55,491 nucleotides of DNA from Bacteroidota bacterium (lineage in GTDB: Bacteria; Bacteroidota; Bacteroidia; Bacteroidales; FEN-979). The notes beneath the pieces were generated by a model, which did not search any database, was not told the DNA's origin, and saw nothing but the letters and a program-made list of their open reading frames with translations. Location of the stretch: positions 1 to 55,491 of the forward strand of contig QYQJ01000019.1 in the NCBI GenBank assembly GCA_007280875.1, written 5' to 3'. A program made the translations under genes and the position numbers. Of this stretch, positions 1 through 10,900 are shown piece by piece. Each line of letters starts with the position of its first letter. The stretch's first letter is position 1.

Positions 1-42
1 CCTTGAACGCGAATTCAATAAGAACTATTAAAAAGGACTGCT

Positions 43-333
43 ATGAATCTGAAAACGGAATCAACCGGCGACCTGGTGATTTGTCATTTGTCGGGAAGAC
101 TTGATACGATAGTCTCCCTTGAGATTGAACCGGAGATTGATAAAATAACTGATAAAGAGAAGAAAATGGAATTTGATTTCTCTGAAGTTGATTATATCTC
201 CTCAACACTCCTTCGGATCTGCCTGAAAAAATACAAGGAACTGGGTGAAGGAAATTTCTGGATCAAATCCCCGAAGCCGGACATCAAGAAGGTGTTCAAG
301 ATCGCCGGGCTGGAGAAGTTGATCCGGGAATAG
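43..333 (+). CDS. STAS-domain protein (anti-sigma-factor antagonist, SpoIIAA-like)
   Basis: 96-aa ORF. It has the size and pattern of STAS/SpoIIAA proteins (GRLD...DFSEVDYISSTLLRI...KVFKIAGL). Confidence 0.65.
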   Translation: MNLKTESTGDLVICHLSGRLDTIVSLEIEPEIDKITDKEKKMEFDFSEVDYISSTLLRICLKKYKELGEGNFWIKSPKPDIKKVFKIAGLEKLIRE

Positions 334-337
334 TCTT

Positions 338-430
338 CAGTCGGCAGTACTCAGTTGGCAGTAGGCAATCCTTACCATAACTATTTCACCATTTCGCCAT
401 TTCGCCATTTCGCTACCTCGCTTCCTCACT
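338..430. repeat. Compound tandem array: about 5 x 7-mer (CAGTNGG) followed by 6 x 8-mer (ATTTCGCC/ACCTCGCT)
   Basis: Read directly: cagtcgg cagtact cagttgg cagtagg caatcc ... atttcacc atttcgcc atttcgcc atttcgct acctcgct tcctcact. It lies between the convergent STAS and peptidase genes. Confidence 0.85.
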
Positions 431-434
431 GGTT

Positions 435-1523
435 TCACCATGTGATATAGGCGGCTTTGTCAATCTCCCCAATAGATTTCAGTGGTTTCGGAGGTTGAAG
501 GTAACGGTTTAAAAAGGCGTAGATCTTCAGCCGGATCTCTTTGGCAATCCGGGTATCGATGCGATCGAAGGAATGACCCCCTTCCACATTCTGGAAGATC
601 TCGTACTCGAACTTCTTTCCATCAGCCTTCAATCCCTGGATCAGGTGCTCCACTTCCAGCACATTGACATCGTCGTCGTTGGTATTGGTGTGGATCAGGA
701 GCGGTGTTTTCAACTTGTTTGTGTTCCAGGCTGGTGAACGTTTTTTATACTCTTCCACATTTTCCTGGGCTGTTTTTCCCAGGTGATAATCGGCCGAATA
801 GAGAGCACGATACTCGTCGTCCTGGTATCCCATCCGGGCGATCAGGTCACTTACGGGAACTCCGGCAAAGCAAACAGCGTATTTTTCAGGATGATCAAAC
901 ACAGCCAGCAAAGCGATCATCCCGCCATGGCTCCACCCAATGATCCCAACCCTGTTAGGATCAACAATGTCATAGTTTTCAATCATATAGTTGCGGCTTG
1001 CGTCGGCATCTTCCACCTCCAGGCCACCGTAGTCGATTCGTTCCCAGTAAGATTTCCCGTATCCTGTGCTTCCCCGGTATTCAGGGGCGATCACAATGTA
1101 CTGCTGGGCCATCAGTTCCCGGATGATATGGGCGTAGTAAGTGGTGAAATCACCATGCACCCCGCCATGAGGAAAGACCAGCAGGGGATACTTTTTCCCT
1201 GCATCGATACCACGGGGAACAAAGATATACGCATAGAATTTTACCGGATTATTGACCCCCATGGCGGTTTTATTCTTGACTGTCTCCGGATTGACCGGTG
1301 GTCCCGTAATATAGACTTTGTCGATGAATGCCACATCGCCAATGCGATTGTACCAGTAGATGTCGTCTACCGCTTTCCGGACCTGATCCAGGTCGAATGA
1401 GAGATCCTTCAAATCGGATTTCAGATCGTTCACTTCATGCTGAAGAGAGGAATCGAACTGTTGGGAACTGGAAATCAGGGATGATCCCAGGAAAAAGACA
1501 CTAAGAAAAAGAGATGGTTTCAT
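435..1523 (-). CDS. Secreted alpha/beta-hydrolase, prolyl-oligopeptidase (S9) family peptidase
   Basis: GWSHGG nucleophile elbow with downstream acid and His regions (TNDDDV, GGHSF). The start is set at the ATG at 1523 (MKPSLFLSVFFLGSS signal peptide) rather than the longer ORF start at 1577. Confidence 0.8.
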   Translation of the reverse strand: MKPSLFLSVFFLGSSLISSSQQFDSSLQHEVNDLKSDLKDLSFDLDQVRKAVDDIYWYNRIGDVAFIDKVYITGPPVNPETVKNKTAMGVNNPVKFYAYIFVPRGIDAGKKYPLLVFPHGGVHGDFTTYYAHIIRELMAQQYIVIAPEYRGSTGYGKSYWERIDYGGLEVEDADASRNYMIENYDIVDPNRVGIIGWSHGGMIALLAVFDHPEKYAVCFAGVPVSDLIARMGYQDDEYRALYSADYHLGKTAQENVEEYKKRSPAWNTNKLKTPLLIHTNTNDDDVNVLEVEHLIQGLKADGKKFEYEIFQNVEGGHSFDRIDTRIAKEIRLKIYAFLNRYLQPPKPLKSIGEIDKAAYITW

Positions 1524-1598
1524 GTTTATCAGTTTAAACGCAGATTTCACGGATTGCGCAGATAAAGATAGGAACATTCAGGGAAATAGAAAAACCAG

Positions 1599-1606
1599 TA
1601 TCTTTG
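1599..1606 (+). promoter_or_regulatory. Bacteroidota -7 box (TATCTTTG, consensus TAnnTTTG)
   Basis: Exact match to the consensus, 18 nt upstream of the ATG at 1624. Confidence 0.5.
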
Positions 1607-1623
1607 CGGAAAAATTGAATTCT

Positions 1624-2001
1624 ATGAAACGAAACGGAATATTCTTTGCCCTGCTGGTGTTCGCATGGTTCGCCATTCTTGGATGTGAAAACAATAAACT
1701 GGACAAAGATGTTCAACTTCTGGCAGAGACCATGTGCAAATACATCGAGATCCAGAACAACCTGAAAGCGGCAATTGACTCGAACGATTCAATCAACATT
1801 CAGAAATTTTCGGCAGAACAACACGAAATACACATCGAGATGACCATAGTCAATCAGGAATTTCAGGAAAAATACGGGGATCTGATCATGGACAAGGCGT
1901 TCGGGAAGAAATTCAAAAGATCTATGAACAAAGCCATGATCGATTGTCCGCATCTGGCTCCGGAGGACCGTGAAAAAATGGAGGCCGAACTTAACGAGTA
2001 A
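1624..2001 (+). CDS. Hypothetical lipoprotein
   Basis: Start taken at the internal ATG. It has a signal peptide with a lipobox (FAILGCEN). No family recognised. Confidence 0.55.
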   Translation: MKRNGIFFALLVFAWFAILGCENNKLDKDVQLLAETMCKYIEIQNNLKAAIDSNDSINIQKFSAEQHEIHIEMTIVNQEFQEKYGDLIMDKAFGKKFKRSMNKAMIDCPHLAPEDREKMEAELNE

Positions 2002-2105
2002 CTTTCAGCTTCTGATCCAAAAAAAAACAGTAATCTCCGGAAATATTTCGTAATTTTTCTTAAACTTGTATTTGTCTCTGAGAAGTGTAAGAAAATTATA
2101 GCCGT

Positions 2106-2972
2106 ATGTCCAATATAATCGCCGTCATCTTTGATTTTGATGACACACTGGTCCCTGATTCTACGAGTTTATTGCTAGAAAAATTCGGAGTAGATACAAG
2201 ACGGTTTTGGAAAGATGCATACTCAAAACTGGTTACGAAAGGATATGATCCAACATTAGCTTACCTCAAACTATTGCTTGATTTAGTGGGAGAAGGAAAG
2301 CCATTGGGGATGTTGAGTAATCAAGAACTAAACGAGTTTGGCAAGACACTTGATACCATGTTTTATCCCGGTATTCCTGAGTTATTTGACGACCTCAGGA
2401 AGATAGTCAGGAATATCAACGAACTCATTGCTATTGAATTTTATATTATTACAGGCGGATTGCATGCGATTATCAGCGGGAGCAATATCGTAAACGATAA
2501 TTTCTACGGATTTTACGGATGTACGTTGGATGAGGAGGGAGATCCACCGAGACTAACCAGCATTAAACGCGCCATAACCTTCACAGAAAAAACAAGGTAC
2601 ATTTTCGAAATCAATAAGGGAATTCGTTATCGCGATGCGCTGGTAGATCCATTTGCCATAAACACATTTATTCCGCACAGCGAACGAAGAATTCCCATTG
2701 AGAATATGATCTACCTGGGTGATGGATACAATGATATTCCCTGCTTTTCTCTCTTAGCAGCACACCGGGCTGCAAGCTTTGGGGTTTTCAGTCCCGAAGA
2801 CAATAAAAAAGCCCAGCATTCCTTTATCGATATGGTTCAATACCATCGGGTTCAGAGCATTCATATCCCTGATTATAAAGAAGATAAAGATTTGGGATCC
2901 TTGTTGAGACTAGCGGTATCAACGTTAGCCAGTTCTATTTCATTACGCCTTCAATCAGGTTATGTTCGTTAA
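2106..2972 (+). CDS. HAD-superfamily hydrolase-like protein
   Basis: N-terminal DxDxT motif (VIFDFDDTLVPD) and a late GDGYNDIP motif (HAD motif IV-like). The gene is visibly more AT-rich than its neighbours. Confidence 0.55.
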   Translation: MSNIIAVIFDFDDTLVPDSTSLLLEKFGVDTRRFWKDAYSKLVTKGYDPTLAYLKLLLDLVGEGKPLGMLSNQELNEFGKTLDTMFYPGIPELFDDLRKIVRNINELIAIEFYIITGGLHAIISGSNIVNDNFYGFYGCTLDEEGDPPRLTSIKRAITFTEKTRYIFEINKGIRYRDALVDPFAINTFIPHSERRIPIENMIYLGDGYNDIPCFSLLAAHRAASFGVFSPEDNKKAQHSFIDMVQYHRVQSIHIPDYKEDKDLGSLLRLAVSTLASSISLRLQSGYVR

Positions 2973-3058
2973 AATTACTTCTACGATCATACTTCTACGT
3001 TCCAGTTCTACCTTCTAATTTCTGTTGCTTCTCCCGAATACCCGGGATCGCAATGACA

Positions 3059-4807
3059 TTACTTCGTACTTGGAGAGATTCCCAGTTCCTTCAGCTGTTC
3101 TTCACTGATGACAGAGGGGGAATCGATCATCACATCCCTCCCGGCGTTGTTCTTGGGGAAAGCGATGAAGTCGCGGATGGAGTCGCCACCGCCGAATAGC
3201 GTAACCCAACGGTCGAAACCGAACGCGATGCCGCCGTGTGGAGGGGCGCCATACTCGAAGGCGTTCATCAGGAAGCCAAACTGATTCGTAGCCTCCTCTT
3301 CTGTGAACCCGAGCACCCTGAACATTTTCTGCTGCAGCTCTTTGTTGTGGATCCGGATAGAGCCACCGCCGATCTCGGTCCCGTTGATCACCAGGTCGTA
3401 GGCATTGGCCCTCACAGCATCGGGATCGGTTTCAAGCAGTGAAATATCTTCCGGCTTCGGGGAAGTGAAAGGGTGGTGCTTGGCATAGAACCGCCGTGTT
3501 TCCTCATCCCATTCCAGCAAGGGAAAATCAATCACCCAGAGAGGTTTAAATTCCACCGGATTAATCAGATCCAATCGTTTCCCCATTTCCAATCGCAGAT
3601 CGCCCATCGCAGATCGGATTTTATCGGTGTTTCCCGCCAGGATCAGGATCAGATCAGCGGGTTTTGCCCCCATCTCATCCAGAACCAGTTTCAGGTTTTC
3701 TGGAGTATAAAACTTATCTACGGATGATTTGATGGCTCCGTCGGTAGTGTATTTTATATAGGCCAATCCGGTAGCGCCCACCTGGGGCCGTTTCACGAAA
3801 TCAGTCAGTTCTTCAAGTTGCTTTCTGCTATAATCACCACATCCTTCTGCTTTGATTCCCACTACCAGCCCGGCATCGTCAAATATCTTAAATCCTTTAT
3901 TCTGAAGCAAATGGTTGAGTTCATGTAAAGTCATACCGAACCGGATATCCGGCTTGTCAGAGCCATACAACTTCATGGCTTCCTGGTAAGGCATCCGGGG
4001 AAAATCAGAGACTTCAACATTTAACACACTGATAAACAGGTGTTTTGCCAGTCCTTCGAACGTGTTCAATACATCATCCCGGGTCACGAAAGCCATTTCG
4101 CAGTCGATCTGTGTAAATTCGGGCTGACGGTCGGCCCGCAGATCTTCATCGCGGAAACAACGGACAATCTGGTAATACCGGTCATACCCCGCTATCATCA
4201 GGAGTTGCTTGAAGGTTTGCGGTGACTGGGGAAGGGCATAAAACTGGCCTTCATTCATCCGTGAAGGAACCACGAAATCCCGGGCGCCTTCCGGAGTGGA
4301 CTTGATCAGGTAGGGGGTTTCAATTTCAATGAAATCTTTGAAATTGAGATAATTACGTGTTTCAATGGCCATCTGATGACGAAGGAAAAGGTTTTTCCTG
4401 TTTTCATTCCGGCGGAGATCGAGGTAGCGATATTTCATCCGGAGCTCTTCCCCGCCGTCGGTATGGTCTTCAATGGTAAAAGGAGGAATTTTTGACGGGT
4501 TCAATACGATCAACTCTTCAACCAGGATCTCGATTTCTCCGGTGGGGATTTTTGGGTTCTTGTTGAAGCGTTCCGCTACCTTACCCCTGACCCGGATCAC
4601 GAATTCACGACCAAGCTCACGGGCGTCCCTGCATAGATCCGAGTTGATTTCCATGTTGAAAACCAGCTGCGTAATTCCGTACCGGTCGCGCAGGTCGATA
4701 AAGGTCAGCCCGCCCATTTCCCGATTCCGTTGCACCCAGCCGGCTAATGTCACCGCCTGACCGGCATTCCCGATTCGTAATTCCCCGCAGGTGTGTGTTC
4801 GAAACAT
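3059..4807 (-). CDS. aspS: Aspartate--tRNA ligase
   Basis: [12 protein letters not shown]-terminus and class II motifs ([27 protein letters not shown]). The 582-aa length is typical of bacterial AspRS. Confidence 0.97.
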   Translation of the reverse strand: MFRTHTCGELRIGNAGQAVTLAGWVQRNREMGGLTFIDLRDRYGITQLVFNMEINSDLCRDARELGREFVIRVRGKVAERFNKNPKIPTGEIEILVEELIVLNPSKIPPFTIEDHTDGGEELRMKYRYLDLRRNENRKNLFLRHQMAIETRNYLNFKDFIEIETPYLIKSTPEGARDFVVPSRMNEGQFYALPQSPQTFKQLLMIAGYDRYYQIVRCFRDEDLRADRQPEFTQIDCEMAFVTRDDVLNTFEGLAKHLFISVLNVEVSDFPRMPYQEAMKLYGSDKPDIRFGMTLHELNHLLQNKGFKIFDDAGLVVGIKAEGCGDYSRKQLEELTDFVKRPQVGATGLAYIKYTTDGAIKSSVDKFYTPENLKLVLDEMGAKPADLILILAGNTDKIRSAMGDLRLEMGKRLDLINPVEFKPLWVIDFPLLEWDEETRRFYAKHHPFTSPKPEDISLLETDPDAVRANAYDLVINGTEIGGGSIRIHNKELQQKMFRVLGFTEEEATNQFGFLMNAFEYGAPPHGGIAFGFDRWVTLFGGGDSIRDFIAFPKNNAGRDVMIDSPSVISEEQLKELGISPSTK

Positions 4808-4841
4808 AGTGATAACATTGAATTTGAGATGTAAAAGTACT

Positions 4842-4924
4842 AAATAGTGAAATAGCGAAATGGTGAAATAGTGAAAATTTCAATATCTCGCTATTTCGCT
4901 ATCTCGCTACCTCGCTATTTCAAT
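4842..4924. repeat. Inverted pair of 8-mer tandem arrays (AAATAGYG x4-5 facing ATYTCGCT x4-5). This is a long imperfect hairpin and a probable terminator of the upstream minus-strand gene.
   Basis: Left arm 4842-4881 is the reverse complement of right arm 4885-4924. The right arm contains the TAG stop and the last 4-5 codons of the 2149-aa ORF. Confidence 0.8.
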
Positions 4925-7900
4925 TCTTCTTCCCTCCGAGTGTGCCGAGAACTCGGGTGCATACATGCACTGGATCGTTGCGATTCCCGTTGAAAAATCC
5001 CCTGCGTTGTTCACCACCAGCGGATATTCGAATACCCAGGTACCTTTGGGCAGGTAGTCGAAGAAGAAATTGGTGGCCAGATCGGTCGTGGACTGATAGT
5101 AGCCCAGGCCGTCCTGGTAGCGGTAACCCGAAAGAGCTGGTGAGCTAGTGAGTTGGTGAGCTGGTGAGATGTTGCCTGAAACTGGTTCCAACCCTGCCGC
5201 CCGCATGTCTTTCAGGTGAATGAATTCCATATTACGGTCCACGGTGACGATGAGGCGAACGATGAGCTTGTCGCCAATCTCCAGATGGTGAGATGGTGAC
5301 ATGGTGACATGGTGAAAAGAGGTATCATTCGTCATTCGTAATTCGTCATTCGTAATTGGAACGAGTACCGGACCTGCCTCTGTATTATTCTCAAGGAAAA
5401 TTTCCTTCCCCAACGTCAGCGGTGTTTCATACTGTGTGACTTTGTCCAGGTTTTCAAAATATTGCCAGTAGAGGCCTCCCCAGGCGATGCCGTCGGAGGA
5501 TTTGGTGATGGAGATATTCCCCATATCAGGGGTAATGTCAATTCCGCTCCAGGAGATCCGGAAATAACCGGTACCGGCCTCCTGTTGTAAATCCTGCTGT
5601 GTGGAAGGATCAACGACCAGATCTCCCAGGCTGATCACCACGTTCGGATCTTCTGCAAGAAGGTCAGTGCCCCGTAGCAACAGGGCATAACATGCATCAA
5701 CAGTGGCTTGTCTGGTTTTCCATAGCTGGGTCTGTTTTTGCTTCAGTAACCAGATTTTCATCTCTTCCATCGATCGGTTGTCCCGGCCTACTTCATTAAA
5801 TGCTTCGATCAACAGGGCCTGGATCTCCACCGGGGCCTGGTACCACTCATACCCGTTTCCAACAGCCCAGTACATGCCCAGTTCGGGAGAATGCAGTGCC
5901 CGCTCTGATAGCGATTTCAGAATTTTCGCCGGGGTTATCAGATCCCCCATCCGGTACAGAGCCAGTGCAATCATCCCTTGCGAGTAAAGATCCTGCTTCA
6001 GCCAGAATTTTTTAGCCTGGGAAGTATAGTATTCCAGGGCTTGGTTGAATTCAACTGACAGATCTTGGATCCGGGATCCGGGATCCGGGATCTGTGTAAA
6101 AAAGGAACGGGTATACAGATATTTCACAATGAATGGCGTCAGGTGGTTGTCTTTCAGTGTTTTGGAATAGTTCTTTTGAAGGCGTTGGTATTCTTTGACC
6201 AGTTCAGTATCAAGGTAGTCCATGGCCTTTCCGGCCATGTCGGTTACTTTACTATCCTCCCCGGGATACCGGACCCCAAGGTGGTTCAGCCGGCCCAGAC
6301 CGGTCAGGATATTCAGGGTCACGATCCTGTTTTCCTGCATTCCTTCAAACCAGGGCCAACCACCTGAAGGATATTGCATTTGTAAAAGTTGAGTCAGGTT
6401 TTCATTGAGGTTATTCTGCAAATTGTTCCTGTCAAAAAACTGCCCGAGTCTCTGTTTTCTTTCAGTCTCATTCCGGGCCTCCATCACCCAGGGGGTCTCT
6501 TGAAGGATGGCGGATTTTAACGCTTCGTTTTTTTCCAGATTCGACAACAGGGCATCGGGGGTCAGTACTTTCCAGCTTTCAACCACCTGCTGGATCCGGG
6601 GATTGAAACCAATGATATGGGAAGCAAGAGCATTCGCGTAAAAGGCACCAAAGACCTGGTCGGTATTTTTGTAACTCTTTTCATCCAGGAAAGGTAACGC
6701 CTGAATCGCATACCATGCAGGATTGGATGCGAATTCCAAGGTAAGTCTGGAGCTGCTGAGGGATTTCAAACCGGCCGAACGGAGCAATTTTTCAAACCGG
6801 AAATCGGTCGTGCCTTTTCCGTTTACCGGTAAGGGTAGCGTTTCAGTTACCAGCATCCGGTTGGTCAATACAGGCAGGATATTTGTTTCCCCATCACTGA
6901 ACTCCCCTGCCCGGGCGGTGACGGTGTATTGAAGCAGGCTGATGAACCTTGAAACGGGAACAGCGAGAGTCCAGGAAACGCTGGTGCTCTGGCCGGCAGG
7001 AATGGTAAAGGTCCTGCTGTTCGCTGTTTGCTGTTCGCTGTTCGCAGATCCGGGATCCGGTATCCGGTATCCGGTATCCAGGATCAACTGATTAAGTGAC
7101 TGCATCGTAATGGCTTCCGCCAGGTTCAGATTTGCCTCTCCGGTGATCTCATGATCGCTCAGGTTCACAATCCGGGTGATGAACATCAGGGTATCTCCTT
7201 GCCGCACAAACCGGGGGACATTGGGAAACACCATCAGATCTTTCTGAGTAACCAGATCTTTCTCAACCAGTCCCCAATCCAACTTGTTGGTATAAGCCAA
7301 ACCAAGTACCTTCCAGGAGGTCAACGCATCGGGAACAGTGAATTTCAGGAACAGGGTTCCGGTGCTGTCAGTCACCAGGGAGGGGTAGAAGAAAGCAGTT
7401 TCGCGGAACGCAGTTCGTACCAGAACCACCGGGATCTGTTTATTCTCAGGGGAGACTACCGGAAATGGTTTCTGTTGTTCGATACTTGCTACATTGTCCA
7501 TCGGGGGTGGATGAGGCTCCTCCATCCCGGCCACTACAGGTTCAGCGTCCATAGAAACTTTGTACTCCAATACTTCAGCCCCCCCTTTTCTGTGGAAATC
7601 CCGGTAAGAACCATATCCCATAGGTTGCATCCCGAACCAGTTCAATTGATCGTACACCCGGTCGTAGAATACGGATGCCATCCACGATCCATACCAGGAT
7701 CCCCCGGTGGTTTTGAAATCGTCGTTACTATTCCAGGTAGACCCGTAATAGTACTGCCTGTAAAGATCAAATGACCAGGAATTGCTCCGGAAGAGATCCA
7801 GCGATCGGTCGTACATGGTGGCCACGAGTGAGGCAATCACACCTCTTCCGCCGGCATTGGTTACACGGATTTTCCACTCCTCCTGCTCTCCGGGTTTCAA

Positions 7901-10900
7901 TTTATTGCGGAAGGTTTCAAAAGCAATATCCAGCTTTTTGTTCGTATAAGGTACCGATACCACCTGGTTGTTCTGGTATACCCGGTTATCCCGGACAAAG
8001 AGAAAATTGACGGCAAAATTCCCCCGGTACGCCTCCAGGATCGGGACATCGATCCGCTTCTGCTGGTTTTTCAGGGCAACCCACTCCCTGGAAACAAGCT
8101 CATCCTTCACCCGGATCTCCTGAATTACCCGGATCTCCTTTTCGCTGGTCCCGATCAGGAACGAGGCAATTTCGCCCGGCTCCCCTGTAGTCTTCAACGG
8201 AACAAACCAGTTGAATGCCAGCACCGGAATCTTCTTACTATCCGGATCAAAAGAGGTGAAATAGAGGATCTTCTCTACTTTCTGACCGAAGGGATCGGTG
8301 GCGGAGAGGGTCAGTTTATAAGATCCTGGATCCTGGATTCCGGATCCCGGATTCCGGATCCCGGATAGAGCGTCCTCACTCTTTTTATCTGGTATCTGGC
8401 ATCTGGCATCTGTCAGGTTGAGTACCGTGTCGCTTGCGGTGTTCATCACGACGTTGAATACCTCTTTTTCAACCGCCCAGGTGGCCGGATCGTCGTCGTT
8501 GGCATAAATATCATGGGGAAAGTCGGCATAAAAGGCTTTCCGCGACAGGATCTGTGTATCGGCCCTGCTCCATAAACGCTCTTTGAAAGCCCGGTCAGGA
8601 CCGTTCAGTTTCTGAAGCGACACCAGAACCTCCGCGGGTGTCTTCTCCCCGTTCAGGTTAGTGGTGGTCAGTTTGAAATTCCCGTCGCTTTTCAGGTTCA
8701 GCTTTTCAGGAAGAGTGATGTCGATCAGCAATGAGGTATAGCCAACCGACAGGCTCTCCCGGGCCGACCGGGTTTCGCCGTTGATATCAGTCACATCGGC
8801 ATAGATCTGATAAACAAAAACGGGCTGGCGTTCGGCCGGAATGGTTCCGTCAGGAATGGCGGTAAAGACAATGGCAAAAGAACCATCTGTACCAGTTGAA
8901 GTGAGCCCGCTGGTAATCTCTGTTTCCGGTGATTCAGGGAACGGGATGTGCCACCAATCCCCACGGAAAGGATAGCGTGCTGTACGTACGACACGGTAAG
9001 TAACGACCCCGGCATCGATTGCATTTCCGGCGTATCCATCTGCTTTTCCGGTAATTGTCACCTGCTGCCCGAGCATATAATTCCCGTGTACCGGATCAAA
9101 TCGCACTTCGAATATAGGACGCTTATACTCCTCCACGTCGATGGAAATGGATCCCGATTCATTAAAGATCCGCATATCCCCAAGCAGCACACCCGAAGGA
9201 GCAGTAAAGGAACCATGAAACGCACCCCAATCATCCGTGATAAAATCCTGCTCGGAAATCTTTTGTCCGTTCACATTGGTAAAAGTTACCTTAGTTTTCT
9301 TATTGGTTTTCAATGAAATGGAATCGCCCGTCCGCTCCAGGACAATCCCTTTGAAGTAAATGGGTTGTCCGGGCCTGTAGATGGCACGGTCGGTGAAAAA
9401 GCGCGTTTGTTCGACGGTCCTTTCCGGTCGGTCAACGCGGGGATACACATAAAGCGGCTGGGAGATGAGCTGCCCCTCATTGTGGTGAATGTGAAGGATC
9501 AGGTTGGTGTAGGAGCCTCTTCCTGCCGATGCCGGAATGGTCAGAAATCCTGTATCGTCCGACCGGTATTCGCCAGTTTTGGAGAATACATACTGTCGGT
9601 TCCGGGAATCATACGTTTTGGAAAATGCCTCTACGAATAAATTCTTCAAAGGGAATCCGCTTGTGCGATCCAGCAGGTAAAGGTCAATGCCACCCTTTTC
9701 GTTGCGCTGGGAAATATAACTTATACAGGTTGACCAGATCTCCTGGTAGGAAAAGGGAACCGTGGAATTCCGGAAGAGGGAATCGGCGGACGCCAGGAGG
9801 AGATAATACCCGGCAGGTATGGCAGGAATGGCGAATTCAAGCCGGTGTGCCTGGTAATCTCCTACATCGGGAAGTGAAACCTGCCAGCTTTTCACCGTTT
9901 CCCTGGAGATCAGGTAGTTGAATGCCTCCTCCCGATTCAATCCGGATAGTGTAGAGGGATAGTTTTCCGGATCAGCTTTGACGATCCGGAACCAGAGGCA
10001 GGGAGAATTTCTATAGGAAAGGGAGCCCAGGGAGAGTTGATCCGGTACAACTGCATATTCGGCCGTGATTGCCAGCGATGGCGTCGTAATCTGCTTGATA
10101 AGAGATTGGCAGTTCTTACCGCCCAGGGATTCAGGGTACTTTCCGGTTGCTTGCAAGCACACGGTTAACGCCGATTTCAAATCCCAATGGTAAGCATCCG
10201 AAACAAGCGGATTATATTTTTCCCCCTCCCCGACCAGGGTTTGTGCCAGGATAAACGAGATATTGGTAGAAGCGGGGGAGAAGGCGTAATTCTTTTCAAA
10301 CTGTCGGAGCGCCTCCAGGTACAGGCTATCTTTTTTAGGTAATGTACTTTCGGAACGGACATATGAAAAACGCTGAAGTTCCCAGTCGATCAATGCGTCC
10401 GGGTTTTTATCGTCCAGATGGAATTCGGCCACAGCCTGGTAGATCCGGATGGCATACCAGGGAAGGGAAAGGGTATCCATTCCCGGGGGGATGAAAGGCC
10501 CGTCTCCCGGCCGGGCATGGATTCCGCCTGGCCGCATGGGAACCATGATGAACACAGGGGTTTGACCGAAAAATATGGGATTATCGATCCGAAATGTCCA
10601 TGCTGGCTGAATGATCGATACATCTTTCTGAGTGAAAAACTGGAGTGCCCGGTAAGCCAGGAAATCAAACAGCGTAGGATGGACTGAAGACAAAGTATCC
10701 GGTTTTCCGTTACCCAGAACCGGACGATCAACGATTGCCCGGTATTGCTCAATCGGAATCTCCTGCAAGCTGTTCTCGTTCGATAACGATTGACGGTAAT
10801 TCAGAATTATTTCAAAGACCAGCCGTTTACTATCCCACGTTTCAGGATCATCAGAGAATGATCCTGACACAGTCGGACGCTCCCGCAACCTGTACTGGTT

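Noticed and set aside
338-430. Could the tandem arrays (here and at 4842, 5135, 5283, 6061, 7031, 8322, 11246, 26358) be CRISPR arrays?
   Set aside because: The units are only 7-8 nt and directly adjacent, with no unique spacers and no cas genes. They are microsatellite-like arrays, not CRISPR.
783-1400. 205-aa plus-strand ORF inside the peptidase gene
   Set aside because: It is antisense to a CDS with clear S9 peptidase motifs, and its own translation is low-complexity with no recognisable motifs.
7151-7774. 207-aa plus-strand ORF inside the A2M gene (and similar ones at 8948, 9529 and 10418)
   Set aside because: These are antisense shadows of the strongly supported minus-strand CDS. They are Arg/Pro/Gly-rich junk translations.
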